The notes under the pieces are model-generated. The model worked only from the letters and a program-made list of their open reading frames with translations, was not told the origin of the DNA and made no database searches. Made by a program: the position numbers and the translations under genes. Below are positions 1 to 8,631 of a DNA stretch of 40,067 bases, in pieces. Source of the DNA: Candidatus Fervidifonticultor quintus (GTDB lineage Bacteria; Sysuimicrobiota; Sysuimicrobiia; Sysuimicrobiales; Humicultoraceae). Positions within the stretch are counted from its first letter, which is position 1, and each line of letters opens with the position of its first letter. The DNA is taken from the NCBI GenBank assembly GCA_031459535.1, contig JAVKIJ010000020.1, forward strand, positions 1 through 40,067, read 5' to 3'.

Positions 1-44
1 GAAGACGAGACGTGCAGGAAGCCCGGTCCCGTCCGCATCAGAGC

Positions 45-391
45 TGGTGGAGGCGGCGGGAATCGAACCCGCGTCCTGAGTGGATGAGGGCAAGGCCTCT
101 ACGAGCGTAGTCCGCGTTCTCGTCTCACCGCCGGGGCTCCCGCGGACCGGATCCCCTGGCGGCCAGCCCGGTGGGGTTCCCGCCGGCGGCCTCGGGCAGC
201 GGCCGCCTGCGGTAGCCGGCTCGTCGCGCCCTACCCGACCTGCCGGCCCGGTCGAGAGGACGTCACCGCGTCGTTACGCGGCGAGAGCGTAGTTCGTGTT
301 GGCCTTTGTGGCCTGCCGGTTGATTAGCGAGGTCCCGGCACCTCGGCTCGCCACCCTGCTTCTTCCCACCCAGTCGAGACCGTTCGCCCCC
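45..391 (-). ncRNA. ssrA: transfer-messenger RNA (tmRNA)
   Basis: Minus strand begins GGGGGCGAACGGTCTCGAC and ends GGACGCGGGTTCGATTCCCGCCGCCTCCACCA. Acceptor stem GGGGGCG/CGCCTCC has the G3:U alanine wobble; T-arm and encoded CCA present; 347 nt; internal tag frame present. Confidence 0.97.
274..303 (-). other. tmRNA proteolysis tag reading frame ANTNYALAA*
   Basis: GCC AAC ACG AAC TAC GCT CTC GCC GCG TAA on the minus strand, with the canonical YALAA C-terminus. Confidence 0.93.
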
Positions 392-403
392 GATCTCAAT
401 TAG

Positions 404-412
404 AGTATAGCA
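404..412 (-). promoter_or_regulatory. extended -10 promoter element for ssrA (TGcTATACT)
   Basis: Minus strand reads TGCTATACT, ending 12 nt before the mature tmRNA 5' end, consistent with a short precursor leader. Confidence 0.65.
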
Positions 413-470
413 CAATCCGGCGATGGATGGCCGTGCGGGGGCGCTGACGCTTCCCCAGAAGGAGATCTCG

Positions 471-499
471 AAATACCCGTAGAATACACCATGTATACA
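471..499 (+). promoter_or_regulatory. candidate operator: triple ATAC repeat ending in TGTATACA, overlapping a TAGAAT -10-like hexamer
   Basis: AAATACccgtagaATACaccatGTATACA; ATAC at 473, 484 and 495 (11-bp period); TAGAAT at 480-485; same architecture recurs at 33201-33229 on the minus strand. Confidence 0.65.
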
Positions 500-531
500 A
501 ACCCACCTTTACAAACGGGAGGGCAGCCTCA

Positions 532-1521
532 GTGCGCACCGAGCTGGTCGTGGGAACGGCCCGGGCGAAGCCGGGAACGCTGGGCAGGGGGGTCATCCTC
601 GTCGGCTCCCGGGCGGGAGGAGGCTCCTTCGACATCCCCCTCCTCGTCGCGAACGGATCCGAAGACGGGCCCGTCCTGTGGCTCGACGGGGCGATCCACG
701 GCGACGAGCCCGAGGGCACCCTGGCTATTCTCCAGCTCTTCTCCCAGCTCGACCCGTCACAGTTGCGGGGTGCCGTCGTGGGCGTGCCCGTAGTGAACGT
801 CCCGGCCTTCGAGGCGGCCCAGCGCGGCAACCCTGGGGACCTCTTCACCTACGACCTGAACCGCATCTACCCGGGGCACGCCGAAGGACACCTGACGGAG
901 CGGATCGCCTACGCCCACTACACGACGATGGTCGAGCACGCCGATATGGAAGTTGCCGTCCACTCCGGAGGGGCGCACTCCTACCTGGCGTTCGCGCAAT
1001 TCTACCACCCCACTCCGGAGGGCCTGGAGCTGGCGAAGGCGATGGGGCCGGAGTGGGACCTGCTCCTGAAGTCGTTCAGCGAGTCGGGCAGCCCCATGGC
1101 GGCGATGAAGAAGCACGGCAAGCCGGCCATCACGGTGGAGATTGGCGGCACCTGCGACCTCTTTCCCTCCCGCTTCCGCGCGACGGGCGCGACGCTCGTC
1201 CGGTCGTTTCTCAACATCATGCGCCACTACCGGATGCTCGAGGGGACGCCCGAGTACGCCTCCCGGTGGATGGTCGGCCAGCAGAAGACCGTCCTCCTCG
1301 CCCCCGCCTCGGGTTTCTGGCTCCCGGAACCGGACGTCCTGCGGCAGCGAATCAGTGAGGGGACGTTGATCGCGCGGATCCTCAGCCTGCAGGGGGAGGT
1401 CCTCGCTGAAGTCCGGGCCCCCTACGACGGGATTCCCTTCGGCCTGCGGACCAACCCGACCGTGCAGCTCGGGGACTGGTGCGCCTTCTACGGGGTCATC
1501 GAGGAGGAGTTGACGGCCTGA
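532..1521 (+). CDS. succinylglutamate desuccinylase/aspartoacylase (AstE/AspA, M14-like) family Zn hydrolase
   Basis: HGDE, DLNRIYPG, VHSGG and VEIGG motifs all intact; GTG start preceded by GGGAGG. Confidence 0.88.
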   Translation: MRTELVVGTARAKPGTLGRGVILVGSRAGGGSFDIPLLVANGSEDGPVLWLDGAIHGDEPEGTLAILQLFSQLDPSQLRGAVVGVPVVNVPAFEAAQRGNPGDLFTYDLNRIYPGHAEGHLTERIAYAHYTTMVEHADMEVAVHSGGAHSYLAFAQFYHPTPEGLELAKAMGPEWDLLLKSFSESGSPMAAMKKHGKPAITVEIGGTCDLFPSRFRATGATLVRSFLNIMRHYRMLEGTPEYASRWMVGQQKTVLLAPASGFWLPEPDVLRQRISEGTLIARILSLQGEVLAEVRAPYDGIPFGLRTNPTVQLGDWCAFYGVIEEELTA

Positions 1522-1976
1522 TGGTCACCGGGATCAAGCACATCGCCATCGCCGTCCGCGACGTCGACGAAGCGGTGCGCCGCTACCGCGACCTGCTGGG
1601 GATCGACGGGGTGCGTCGGTATGAGTTCGAGCGGGCTCGCAGCAGCGAGGCCCACTTCGTGCTGAACGGCGTGGAGGTGCAGCTCTGCCAGTCCTGGGAC
1701 GCCGACGGACGCTTCGCCCGCTTCATCGCTGAGCGGGGCGAAGAGGGGGTCCACCACATCTGCTACACGGTGGACGACATCGAGGCGGCGCTGGCGCAGG
1801 CCGTGCGCAGGGATGCCAAGCTCAAGGCGTGCGCCAGCTGCAAGGTGGTCGGAGCGCACAAACACTCGGAAGGATGGGTGGCCTTCCTCGAGGACACCCT
1901 CACAGGCCTAGAGACGGAGTTCATGCAGGTCTACCGGCCGGGCGAAGGCCCCGACACAGAGGGGCGGACGGTATGA
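1521..1976 (+). CDS. VOC family protein, methylmalonyl-CoA epimerase-like
   Basis: KHIAIAVRD, EVQL, GEEGVHHICYTVDDIE and TEFMQ motifs; ATG overlaps the upstream stop (TGATG). Confidence 0.82.
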   Translation: MVTGIKHIAIAVRDVDEAVRRYRDLLGIDGVRRYEFERARSSEAHFVLNGVEVQLCQSWDADGRFARFIAERGEEGVHHICYTVDDIEAALAQAVRRDAKLKACASCKVVGAHKHSEGWVAFLEDTLTGLETEFMQVYRPGEGPDTEGRTV

Positions 1977-3097
1977 CCGTCACCGCCCCCCCGGTGCCGA
2001 CCCCGGCCGAGCCTGATCCCATCGCCTCGACCACCCCTCCGCTGCCTCCCCACTTCGCCATCGGGGCCGACCTGAGCGGCGACCACCCGCTCTTCCCCAT
2101 TCCCCCCGAGGCCCTGCGGGAGCTGGCCGCAGCTCTGGACCGTAGCGAGACGCACTACACGGACGTCATGGGCGTCGCTCCGCTGCGCGCGGGGGTTGCA
2201 CGCCTCCTCGGCGCGCTGGGGCTGGGGATACGCGACCCCGCAACCATCCTGGTGAGCTCGGGCGAGCAGGAGTCCCGGTTCCTGGCGTTGCAGACGCTGT
2301 CGCGCGCCGGGCGCGCGCTCCTCCTCCCCGCCGTTGTCCATCCCGGCGCCTGGCTGGCCGCTCGCGTTGTCCCAGGCGGCCGCATCGAGCGATTGCCCGT
2401 CGATGAGACCCTCACGCCCACCCAGGAGAGCGTCCGGGCCGCATTCGCCCGTCATGCATCGGCGGCGCTGTACCTGGAGGTCCCAAATCGGTTCACCGGC
2501 CGCGCGGTGGCCTCGGACCGCTTTGCCGCCCTGCTGCAGGAGGTGCAGCGCGCGGACGGGATGATGGTGGTGGACGCCGGTATCGCGCCGTGGCTCCCGC
2601 CCTCCCTGGTGCCCGCTCCGCTCGCGGACTCCGTCGCCGCGGAACGGATCTGGCTGCTGGGCTCGCTCTGCCCCGGGACGGGGGTGGATGGCTGGCAGAT
2701 CGGGTACCTGGCGGTCCCACCGGAGTGGATCGGGGCGGCGCGGAGCCTGAAGCAAATCATCGCCATCTGCACCTCGGTTCCGGTCCAGTGGGCGGCGGTG
2801 GGTGCCCTGCAGGCGGCCGGTGAGGTGCACGCCGCGCGCCGTGAGACTCTCCGGCAGTTACGGGCGGACGCGCTCCGACACCTGCCGCAGAGCGAGGTTC
2901 TCCCGGGTGACGCAGCGACGGTGCTGGCGATCCGGTACGGATCGGGCAAGCCACCCGCCCTCCCCTTCGTGGCCGCGTCGGGGGAGGCGTTCGGCCTACC
3001 CGGGGCACTGCGCCTGACCATCACGCCGTCGGGAGAGGCGGTGGCAGCTGCAGCGCTTCTGGCGCGGGGGTCGGCCGTGCAGGTGAACCCGCCATGA
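1973..3097 (+). CDS. class I/II aminotransferase-fold protein lacking the PLP-binding lysine
   Basis: HYT..G...LR, SSGEQES, VPNRFTG, VVD and GSLCPGTGVDGWQIGY align with fold-type-I aminotransferase motifs, but Lys and Arg of SKxxxxxGWRxG are absent; ATGA overlap with the VOC gene. Confidence 0.8.
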   Translation: MTVTAPPVPTPAEPDPIASTTPPLPPHFAIGADLSGDHPLFPIPPEALRELAAALDRSETHYTDVMGVAPLRAGVARLLGALGLGIRDPATILVSSGEQESRFLALQTLSRAGRALLLPAVVHPGAWLAARVVPGGRIERLPVDETLTPTQESVRAAFARHASAALYLEVPNRFTGRAVASDRFAALLQEVQRADGMMVVDAGIAPWLPPSLVPAPLADSVAAERIWLLGSLCPGTGVDGWQIGYLAVPPEWIGAARSLKQIIAICTSVPVQWAAVGALQAAGEVHAARRETLRQLRADALRHLPQSEVLPGDAATVLAIRYGSGKPPALPFVAASGEAFGLPGALRLTITPSGEAVAAAALLARGSAVQVNPP

Positions 3098-4260
3098 GCA
3101 TCGAGGCCACGCAAGCCACCTCTCGGCCGACGGGGACGGCCCTTCTCTACGGACTGCTGGAGCGGGCGAAGCAGTTTCCCGATGCCATCACCCTGGGGCG
3201 CGGAGACCCTGACTTCCCCACCCCTGAGCACATCCGGGCAGCGGCCCTCGAGGCGGCGACCCGGGGCGACGCAGCACCGTCGCCGATAGAGGGGCTGCCC
3301 GCGCTGCGTGAGGCCATTGCAGCCCGACTGTACGCCGTCAACGGGATCGCGGTCGACCCGACCACGGAGATCGTCGTGACCCAGGGCGGACAAGAGGCCA
3401 TCACGCTGGCGGTGCTGACCGCCTTGCGGCCGGGGGACGAGATCATCGTGCCGGAGCCGACCTATAACACCTTCAAGGACGCCATCGCCCTCGCCGGCGC
3501 CCGCAGCGTCCCCGTGGTCACGTCGGTCGACGAGGGCTTCGCCGTGACCGCCGTTCGGATCGGCGCCGCGCTGACGGAGCGCACCCGCGCGCTGCTTTTG
3601 ATCTCGCCCAACAATCCCAGTGCGGCGGTCATCCCGCCCGATCAAGTACGGGCCATCGCGGCGCTGGCGGAGAATCGTGACCTGCTCGTGCTGGCCGATG
3701 ACACGTACGACCGCTTCCTCTACGACGGGGCGATCCACCTCTCCCCGGCGGCCCTGCCGGGGATGAAGCGCCGCACCCTGACCTTAAACACACTCTCAAA
3801 GACCTACGCCATGACGGGCTGGCGCGTCGGCTGGGTGGCTGGGCCTGCTGAGCTGATGCGTCGACTGCGCCGGGTGAAGGAGGCGATCAGCGGTGGCACC
3901 TCGGTGGTCGCCCAACACGCCGGGATCGCCGCCCTCACCGGACCGCAGGAAGCGGTCGCGGCGATGCACCAGACCTACATTCGCCGGCGCAGCATCGTCC
4001 TCGACGCTCTTGACGCCATGGGGCTGGCCTACGGGCGGCCGCTCGGCGGGCAGTTTGTCTTCATCGATGCACGCCGCTACGGCCGCGGGTCCCTGGAGCT
4101 CTGCAGCCGGATCCTCGAGGAGGCGCACGTCCTGGTCTACCCGGGCGTTTCCTTCGGGGAGGCCTGGGACGGGTTCTTGCGCATGACCTTCCTCCAACCC
4201 GAGGAGCTGTTGCGGGAAGGACTGCGACGGGTGGCGGACGTGCTCGGCAAGCTCGGGTAA
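3094..4260 (+). CDS. PLP-dependent aminotransferase class I/II (aspartate aminotransferase-like)
   Basis: LGRGDPDF, SPNNPS, DDTYD, TLSKTYAMTGWRVG and FLRMTF motifs intact; ATGA overlap. Confidence 0.93.
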   Translation: MSIEATQATSRPTGTALLYGLLERAKQFPDAITLGRGDPDFPTPEHIRAAALEAATRGDAAPSPIEGLPALREAIAARLYAVNGIAVDPTTEIVVTQGGQEAITLAVLTALRPGDEIIVPEPTYNTFKDAIALAGARSVPVVTSVDEGFAVTAVRIGAALTERTRALLLISPNNPSAAVIPPDQVRAIAALAENRDLLVLADDTYDRFLYDGAIHLSPAALPGMKRRTLTLNTLSKTYAMTGWRVGWVAGPAELMRRLRRVKEAISGGTSVVAQHAGIAALTGPQEAVAAMHQTYIRRRSIVLDALDAMGLAYGRPLGGQFVFIDARRYGRGSLELCSRILEEAHVLVYPGVSFGEAWDGFLRMTFLQPEELLREGLRRVADVLGKLG

Positions 4261-4264
4261 GGCG

Positions 4265-5308
4265 ATGGGTACTTGGGCTGTGCTGGTTGCCGATGAGGTC
4301 CTGGCCGAGGCTGCTGCCAGCGTGGCCCCTGCCTTCCCTGACTTGCAGATACGCACGATAACCGCTGGGCAGGAGGCGGTGCAGCTCGTCGGGGACGTGC
4401 ATGCCCTGGTCACGCAGGCGGTGCCGGTCGATCAGGAGACCTTGACCCGTGCGGAGCTACTCCGTCTCGTCATCAAGATGGGACGGGTTTACGACAACGT
4501 GGACCTGGAGACGGTGCGCATCCGAGGAGCCTCCTTTGGCCTGGTCCCGCGCAAGGGACCGAACTGCGTGGCGGAGCACGCCCTCACTCTGATCCTCGCC
4601 CTCGCCCGGGACCTCGTGATGGCCCACCGCGCAGTGGCGGAAGGAGCCTACCGATGGCGCGGCCTCCGTCCGGTGCTGACGAGCGAGAGCGTGATGGCCT
4701 TTCGGTGGACCGCTCCCGCACGGCTTCACGAAGTGCGGGGCAAGACGCTCGGCTGCGTGGGGTTCGGCGAGATCGGGTGCGAGCTGGCACGGCGGGCCCA
4801 GGCGCTGGAGATGCGTGTCCTCTACACGCGACGACGCCGGCTGCCTCCCGAGCTGGAGGCGACCTACGCCGTGGACTACCGGCCCCTCGAAGCGCTGATG
4901 GCGGAGAGCGACTACGTCTGCCTGGCCGTCCCCCACACCCCCGAAACCCATCACCTGATTCGCGCCGAGCACCTCGCCCTGCTGGGGCCATATGGCTACC
5001 TGGTCAATGTCGCCAGGGGCGGCGTGGTAGACGAGGCAGCGCTCATCGAGGCGCTGCGTACCGGGACGATCGCCGGAGCGGCTCTCGACGTCTTCACCTA
5101 CGAGCCGCTGCCCGTTGACAGCCCCTTGTGTCGGCTGGACAACGTCATCCTGACGCCGCACATCGGCGGCGGCACAGGCACCTCCCGGGCTCTGGAGCTG
5201 AGTGAGGCGCTGGCCGAGGTCCGTCGCGGGCTGCGCGGCGAGCCCCTGACCTGGCCTGTCGTCACGCCCCAGGCCCGATCGGGGCCATCGAGCCCCGCAA
5301 GTCGCTGA
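4265..5308 (+). CDS. D-isomer-specific 2-hydroxyacid dehydrogenase family protein
   Basis: VAEHA, GFGEIG (NAD binding), VNVARG, LDVF..EP and TPHIGG motifs. Confidence 0.9.
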   Translation: MGTWAVLVADEVLAEAAASVAPAFPDLQIRTITAGQEAVQLVGDVHALVTQAVPVDQETLTRAELLRLVIKMGRVYDNVDLETVRIRGASFGLVPRKGPNCVAEHALTLILALARDLVMAHRAVAEGAYRWRGLRPVLTSESVMAFRWTAPARLHEVRGKTLGCVGFGEIGCELARRAQALEMRVLYTRRRRLPPELEATYAVDYRPLEALMAESDYVCLAVPHTPETHHLIRAEHLALLGPYGYLVNVARGGVVDEAALIEALRTGTIAGAALDVFTYEPLPVDSPLCRLDNVILTPHIGGGTGTSRALELSEALAEVRRGLRGEPLTWPVVTPQARSGPSSPASR

Positions 5309-5340
5309 AGCGAAGGGCGGCCGCGGCGGAGGAGGCGGGC

Positions 5341-6402
5341 ATGGCGAATCGAGGCGTGCGGATCGGAACGATCGAGGCGGGACCGGGGGAGCGGGCCTTC
5401 GGCTACTTGAAGACGGCGGCCTCGCGCTCGGGGCTCACCCCCGACATCCCGGTGCACCTCCTCGTGGGAGCGGAGCCGGGGCCCACGCTGCTCGTCCAGG
5501 GCGCCATCCACGGGACCGAGATCATCGGCACCATCGCAATCCTGCACTTCGTGCGGCGACTCGACCCCCGGACCTTCCGGGGCACGGTAATCGCCGTCCC
5601 GGTGGTGAACCGGATCGGGTTCGAGCTGAGCGAACGCGGCTCCCGGATCGATGGCAAGGACATCAGTCGCCTGTTTCCCGGGAACCCCAACGGCAGCGTC
5701 TCCGATCAGGTCGCCCACGTGTACTTCCACGAGGTCGTCCGCAAGGCCAACGTCATGATTGACTTCCACGCCGGCGGGCAGACCGCCTACGAGCGCTACG
5801 TGCTCTTCCCCGCCGAGAAGGACCCGGCGCGCCCCACCGAGATCGAGCGCAAGCGTCGGCGCCTGGTGGTCGCCTTCGGCCTCGACGCCGCCGCGTTCTT
5901 TCCCCCTGACACCTTTGGGGCCAACAAGGCGAAGGAGGCCATCGAGGCCGCGGGCGTCGTGCAGTTCACCCTGGAGTTAGGCGGCGGGACAGGCTGGTTC
6001 AAGAACGGCGAGCAAAATGTCCGGGACGCGGAACGGGGGATCTGGAATGTCATGAAGGCCATGCGAATGATCGAGGGCGACTTCGAGACGGATGGCCCCA
6101 CCTGCACCATCTACAACGCCTCGGTCGTGCTCTGGAAGCCCCCCGTGGACGGACTGTTCATCCGGGAGCGAGGATTTGGCGAGTTGGTCCGCGAGGGCGA
6201 GATCTACGCCACGGTGCAGGACCCCTACACGGGGCGCCGGGTGGGGGCGCTGGTCAGTCCGCAGGAAGCCACCGTCATCCCGAGCGGCCAGGAGTGGCCG
6301 ACGATGGGGCTGACCTCCATCGGCATCCTGGGCGTAGTGGATCGCGTGGAGGACCGGCGGAAGATGGACCTCTACGTGGACTTCGACGGGACCTCCGGAT
6401 AG
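5341..6402 (+). CDS. AstE/AspA (M14-like) family Zn hydrolase
   Basis: HGTE, DISRLFPG, DFHAGG and LELGGG motifs; strong GGAGGAGG RBS. Confidence 0.88.
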   Translation: MANRGVRIGTIEAGPGERAFGYLKTAASRSGLTPDIPVHLLVGAEPGPTLLVQGAIHGTEIIGTIAILHFVRRLDPRTFRGTVIAVPVVNRIGFELSERGSRIDGKDISRLFPGNPNGSVSDQVAHVYFHEVVRKANVMIDFHAGGQTAYERYVLFPAEKDPARPTEIERKRRRLVVAFGLDAAAFFPPDTFGANKAKEAIEAAGVVQFTLELGGGTGWFKNGEQNVRDAERGIWNVMKAMRMIEGDFETDGPTCTIYNASVVLWKPPVDGLFIRERGFGELVREGEIYATVQDPYTGRRVGALVSPQEATVIPSGQEWPTMGLTSIGILGVVDRVEDRRKMDLYVDFDGTSG

Positions 6403-6428
6403 CAGGCGAGGGAGGGGAGGAAGCGGGC

Positions 6429-7406
6429 ATGCGCATCGGGGCCATCGAGGCACCGGCTGGCTCCAGAGCCTTCGGCTTTCTGACGGTCGTAGAAACACAT
6501 GGCCGCCTTCCCGTGCACGTGCCCCTGCACATCGTTGCGGGCCGTCGCGGCGGGGCAACCCTGCTCGTTCAGGCGGGGGTGAGCGGGCTGGAAATCGAGC
6601 CCGCCATGGTCCTCCCCTACATCGTGGATCGTCTGGACCCGCAGACCATGTCCGGAACACTCCTGCTGGTCCCCCTACTTAACACGTCTGGCTTCGAGTT
6701 CGAGCAGCGCAATGCCGTCTGGGACGACAAGGACCTACACACGCTAGGTCGTGGCAACCCGCAGGGGACCGTGAGCGAGCAGTTGATCCATGCGTACTAC
6801 GAACAGGTGATCGCCCGCGCCGACGCGCTCCTGGACATCCACACCGGAGCGCTGTGGGGCTACTTCTGTTACGCCGGCGTCTACCGTGTGGGCAACGTGA
6901 CCCGCTCCCGGGCGCTGGCCGAAGCCCTGCGGCTGCCGCAGGTGGTCATCGGGCAGCCCGAGGACAGGTCCATGGCGTACGAGGCCGCCCGCGAAGGGAA
7001 GGCGGTGGTTTCCGCCTGGATCGGCGGCGGGCCGGGCTTGCGGGACTACCGCGCGCAGGACATGCGGCGGGTGGAGCGCGCCGTGCGCAACGCGCTGGCC
7101 CACCTGGAGATCCTCCCGGAAGCCGACGAAGGGGGCGAGGAGCCGACCGTGCTGGAGGCCCACACCATCCTGCGGGTGACGGGCGAACGCGGGCTGACCT
7201 TCATGGACAAGACACTGCGCGGTACGACCGTACGCGAAGGACAGCGCCTCGGCTACGTCCTCCACCCCTTCACCGGCGACCTGCTGCAGGAAATCACCGC
7301 GCCGCGCACGGGAGTCATGGTGCACGGCGGCGCGGTTTGGCCCGTCGTCCCCGAGGGCGAGATCCTGGCCATCCTGGGCGACCCGGTGGAGGACGGCGCG
7401 CGATGA
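6429..7406 (+). CDS. AstE/AspA family paralog with degenerate active site
   Basis: Colinear with 5341-6402, but SGLE replaces HGxE, DLHTLGRG replaces DxxRxFPG and AWIGGG replaces LELGGG; ATG preceded by GGAGG. Confidence 0.82.
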   Translation: MRIGAIEAPAGSRAFGFLTVVETHGRLPVHVPLHIVAGRRGGATLLVQAGVSGLEIEPAMVLPYIVDRLDPQTMSGTLLLVPLLNTSGFEFEQRNAVWDDKDLHTLGRGNPQGTVSEQLIHAYYEQVIARADALLDIHTGALWGYFCYAGVYRVGNVTRSRALAEALRLPQVVIGQPEDRSMAYEAAREGKAVVSAWIGGGPGLRDYRAQDMRRVERAVRNALAHLEILPEADEGGEEPTVLEAHTILRVTGERGLTFMDKTLRGTTVREGQRLGYVLHPFTGDLLQEITAPRTGVMVHGGAVWPVVPEGEILAILGDPVEDGAR

Positions 7407-7540
7407 CCCTCCGGGTCGGCGGGCTAGAGCCAAAGCTCGGTGGGCACGCCTTTGAGCTCATCGGCGACGCGGGCCGCCGTTGTCGTCTCGGGCGGCCGAG
7501 AGGCGCCCACGCTCTGCGGCATCATCACGAAGTTCCTGAG
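7403..7540 (+). pseudogene. frameshifted 5' remnant of a further AstE/AspA paralog
   Basis: ATGA-coupled start gives MTLRVGGLEPKLGGHAFELI (compare MRIGAIEAPAGSRAFGFL); a second frame from 7473 gives AAVVVSGGREAPTL (compare HLLVGAEPGPTL); similarity then stops. End coordinate approximate. Confidence 0.5.
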
Positions 7541-7625
7541 AATCGCGGAGCGAATCGAGGCATCGCTCTATGCACCTCTATATCTATGGAGGGTGGCCGA
7601 GTCTGAATCTGAACGGGTGAGCAAG

Positions 7626-7634
7626 TGCTATCTT
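7626..7634 (+). promoter_or_regulatory. possible extended -10 element (TGcTATCTT) upstream of dppA
   Basis: TGn + TATCTT about 40 nt before the ATG at 7674, in an AT-richer spacer. Confidence 0.35.
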
Positions 7635-7673
7635 ACGAATTGCAGCCTTGGACGTGACGGGACGGGGGCAGAG

Positions 7674-8537
7674 ATGGACATTTATATCGTCATAGACATG
7701 GAAGGCATATCCGGCATCTCATATGGATCTATGGTTCGTGTCGGGCACAAGGAGTGGTCAGCGCGCGGCAGACTGCTGGCAACCGCCGACCTCAATGCCG
7801 CGATCGAAGGCGCGCTTGCCGCAGGAGCCAAGCGAATCTGGGTCAAGGACGGACACGACGCAGGCGAAAACTTGGTACGAGAGGAACTTCATCCGGCTGC
7901 TGAGCTTCTGTCAGGAACGTACACCGTTCCAGGCCAGATGCCTGGATTGGACGAATCCTTTGATGCCGTTTTCCTCATAGGCTTTCATGCTCGTATGGGC
8001 ACACTCCACGCGCACTTTGACCACACAATCACGACTGCGTCAGTGAGCGAGATTAGGCTTAATAATGTGCCAGTTGGTGAGATTGGCATCTATGCCGCCT
8101 ATGCAGGCATCCACGGCGTGCCGGTCACTCTGGTCACGGGGGATCTGGCAGCTGTTCGAGAAGCCAAAGAGCTCCTCGGTGACTTGAGTACAGTCGCGGT
8201 TAAGCAGGGATACGGACGGTTTTCGGCCCGTATCCCCTCACCTGAGCACATTCGCCCTCGCATTACCGCCGCGGCAAGAGAGGCCGCGCAGGCAAAGCGT
8301 GAACCTTACATCTTAACGTCACCTGCTACCGTCGCGATTGACTTTCTCAGATCTGCTGACGCGGACATGGCAGAGATGGTGCCTGGCTCGCGCCGTTCGG
8401 GTGCACGTACGGTGGAGTACACGCATGAAGACCCAGCGGAGGTCCTGAGAGCGCTACAAGCGCTCGTTCATCTCGGCGGCATCGCAGCTAACCGGTGGGC
8501 TCAGGCTCTCTATACTTCGGGCACACGTGTGATCTAA
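7674..8537 (+). CDS. dppA: M55 family D-aminopeptidase (DppA-like)
   Basis: N-terminal IYIVIDMEGISG, KDGH, FLIGFHAR, FDHT, VGEIGI and LVTGD motifs of M55. The likely start is the ATG at 7674, not 7440. Confidence 0.9.
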   Translation: MDIYIVIDMEGISGISYGSMVRVGHKEWSARGRLLATADLNAAIEGALAAGAKRIWVKDGHDAGENLVREELHPAAELLSGTYTVPGQMPGLDESFDAVFLIGFHARMGTLHAHFDHTITTASVSEIRLNNVPVGEIGIYAAYAGIHGVPVTLVTGDLAAVREAKELLGDLSTVAVKQGYGRFSARIPSPEHIRPRITAAAREAAQAKREPYILTSPATVAIDFLRSADADMAEMVPGSRRSGARTVEYTHEDPAEVLRALQALVHLGGIAANRWAQALYTSGTRVI

Positions 8538-8631
8538 GCAAAGTGATCAGCGAGTTCTTGCCCGGTACTCTTACGGAAGTGGTAGCACCTCATAAGTAGG
8601 GCGCCAGAGCCGAGACAAGGGGGGGAATGCG

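Noticed and set aside
45-80. tRNA gene suggested by the T-arm/CCA end
   Set aside because: The matching 5' acceptor strand is about 340 nt away and a tag frame lies between them, so this is tmRNA.
80-292. 70-aa ORF on the plus strand
   Set aside because: Antisense to tmRNA with no protein-like features.
7440-7673. N-terminal extension of the DppA ORF
   Set aside because: M55 proteins begin just before the DxEG motif; the extension is spacer plus gene remnant.
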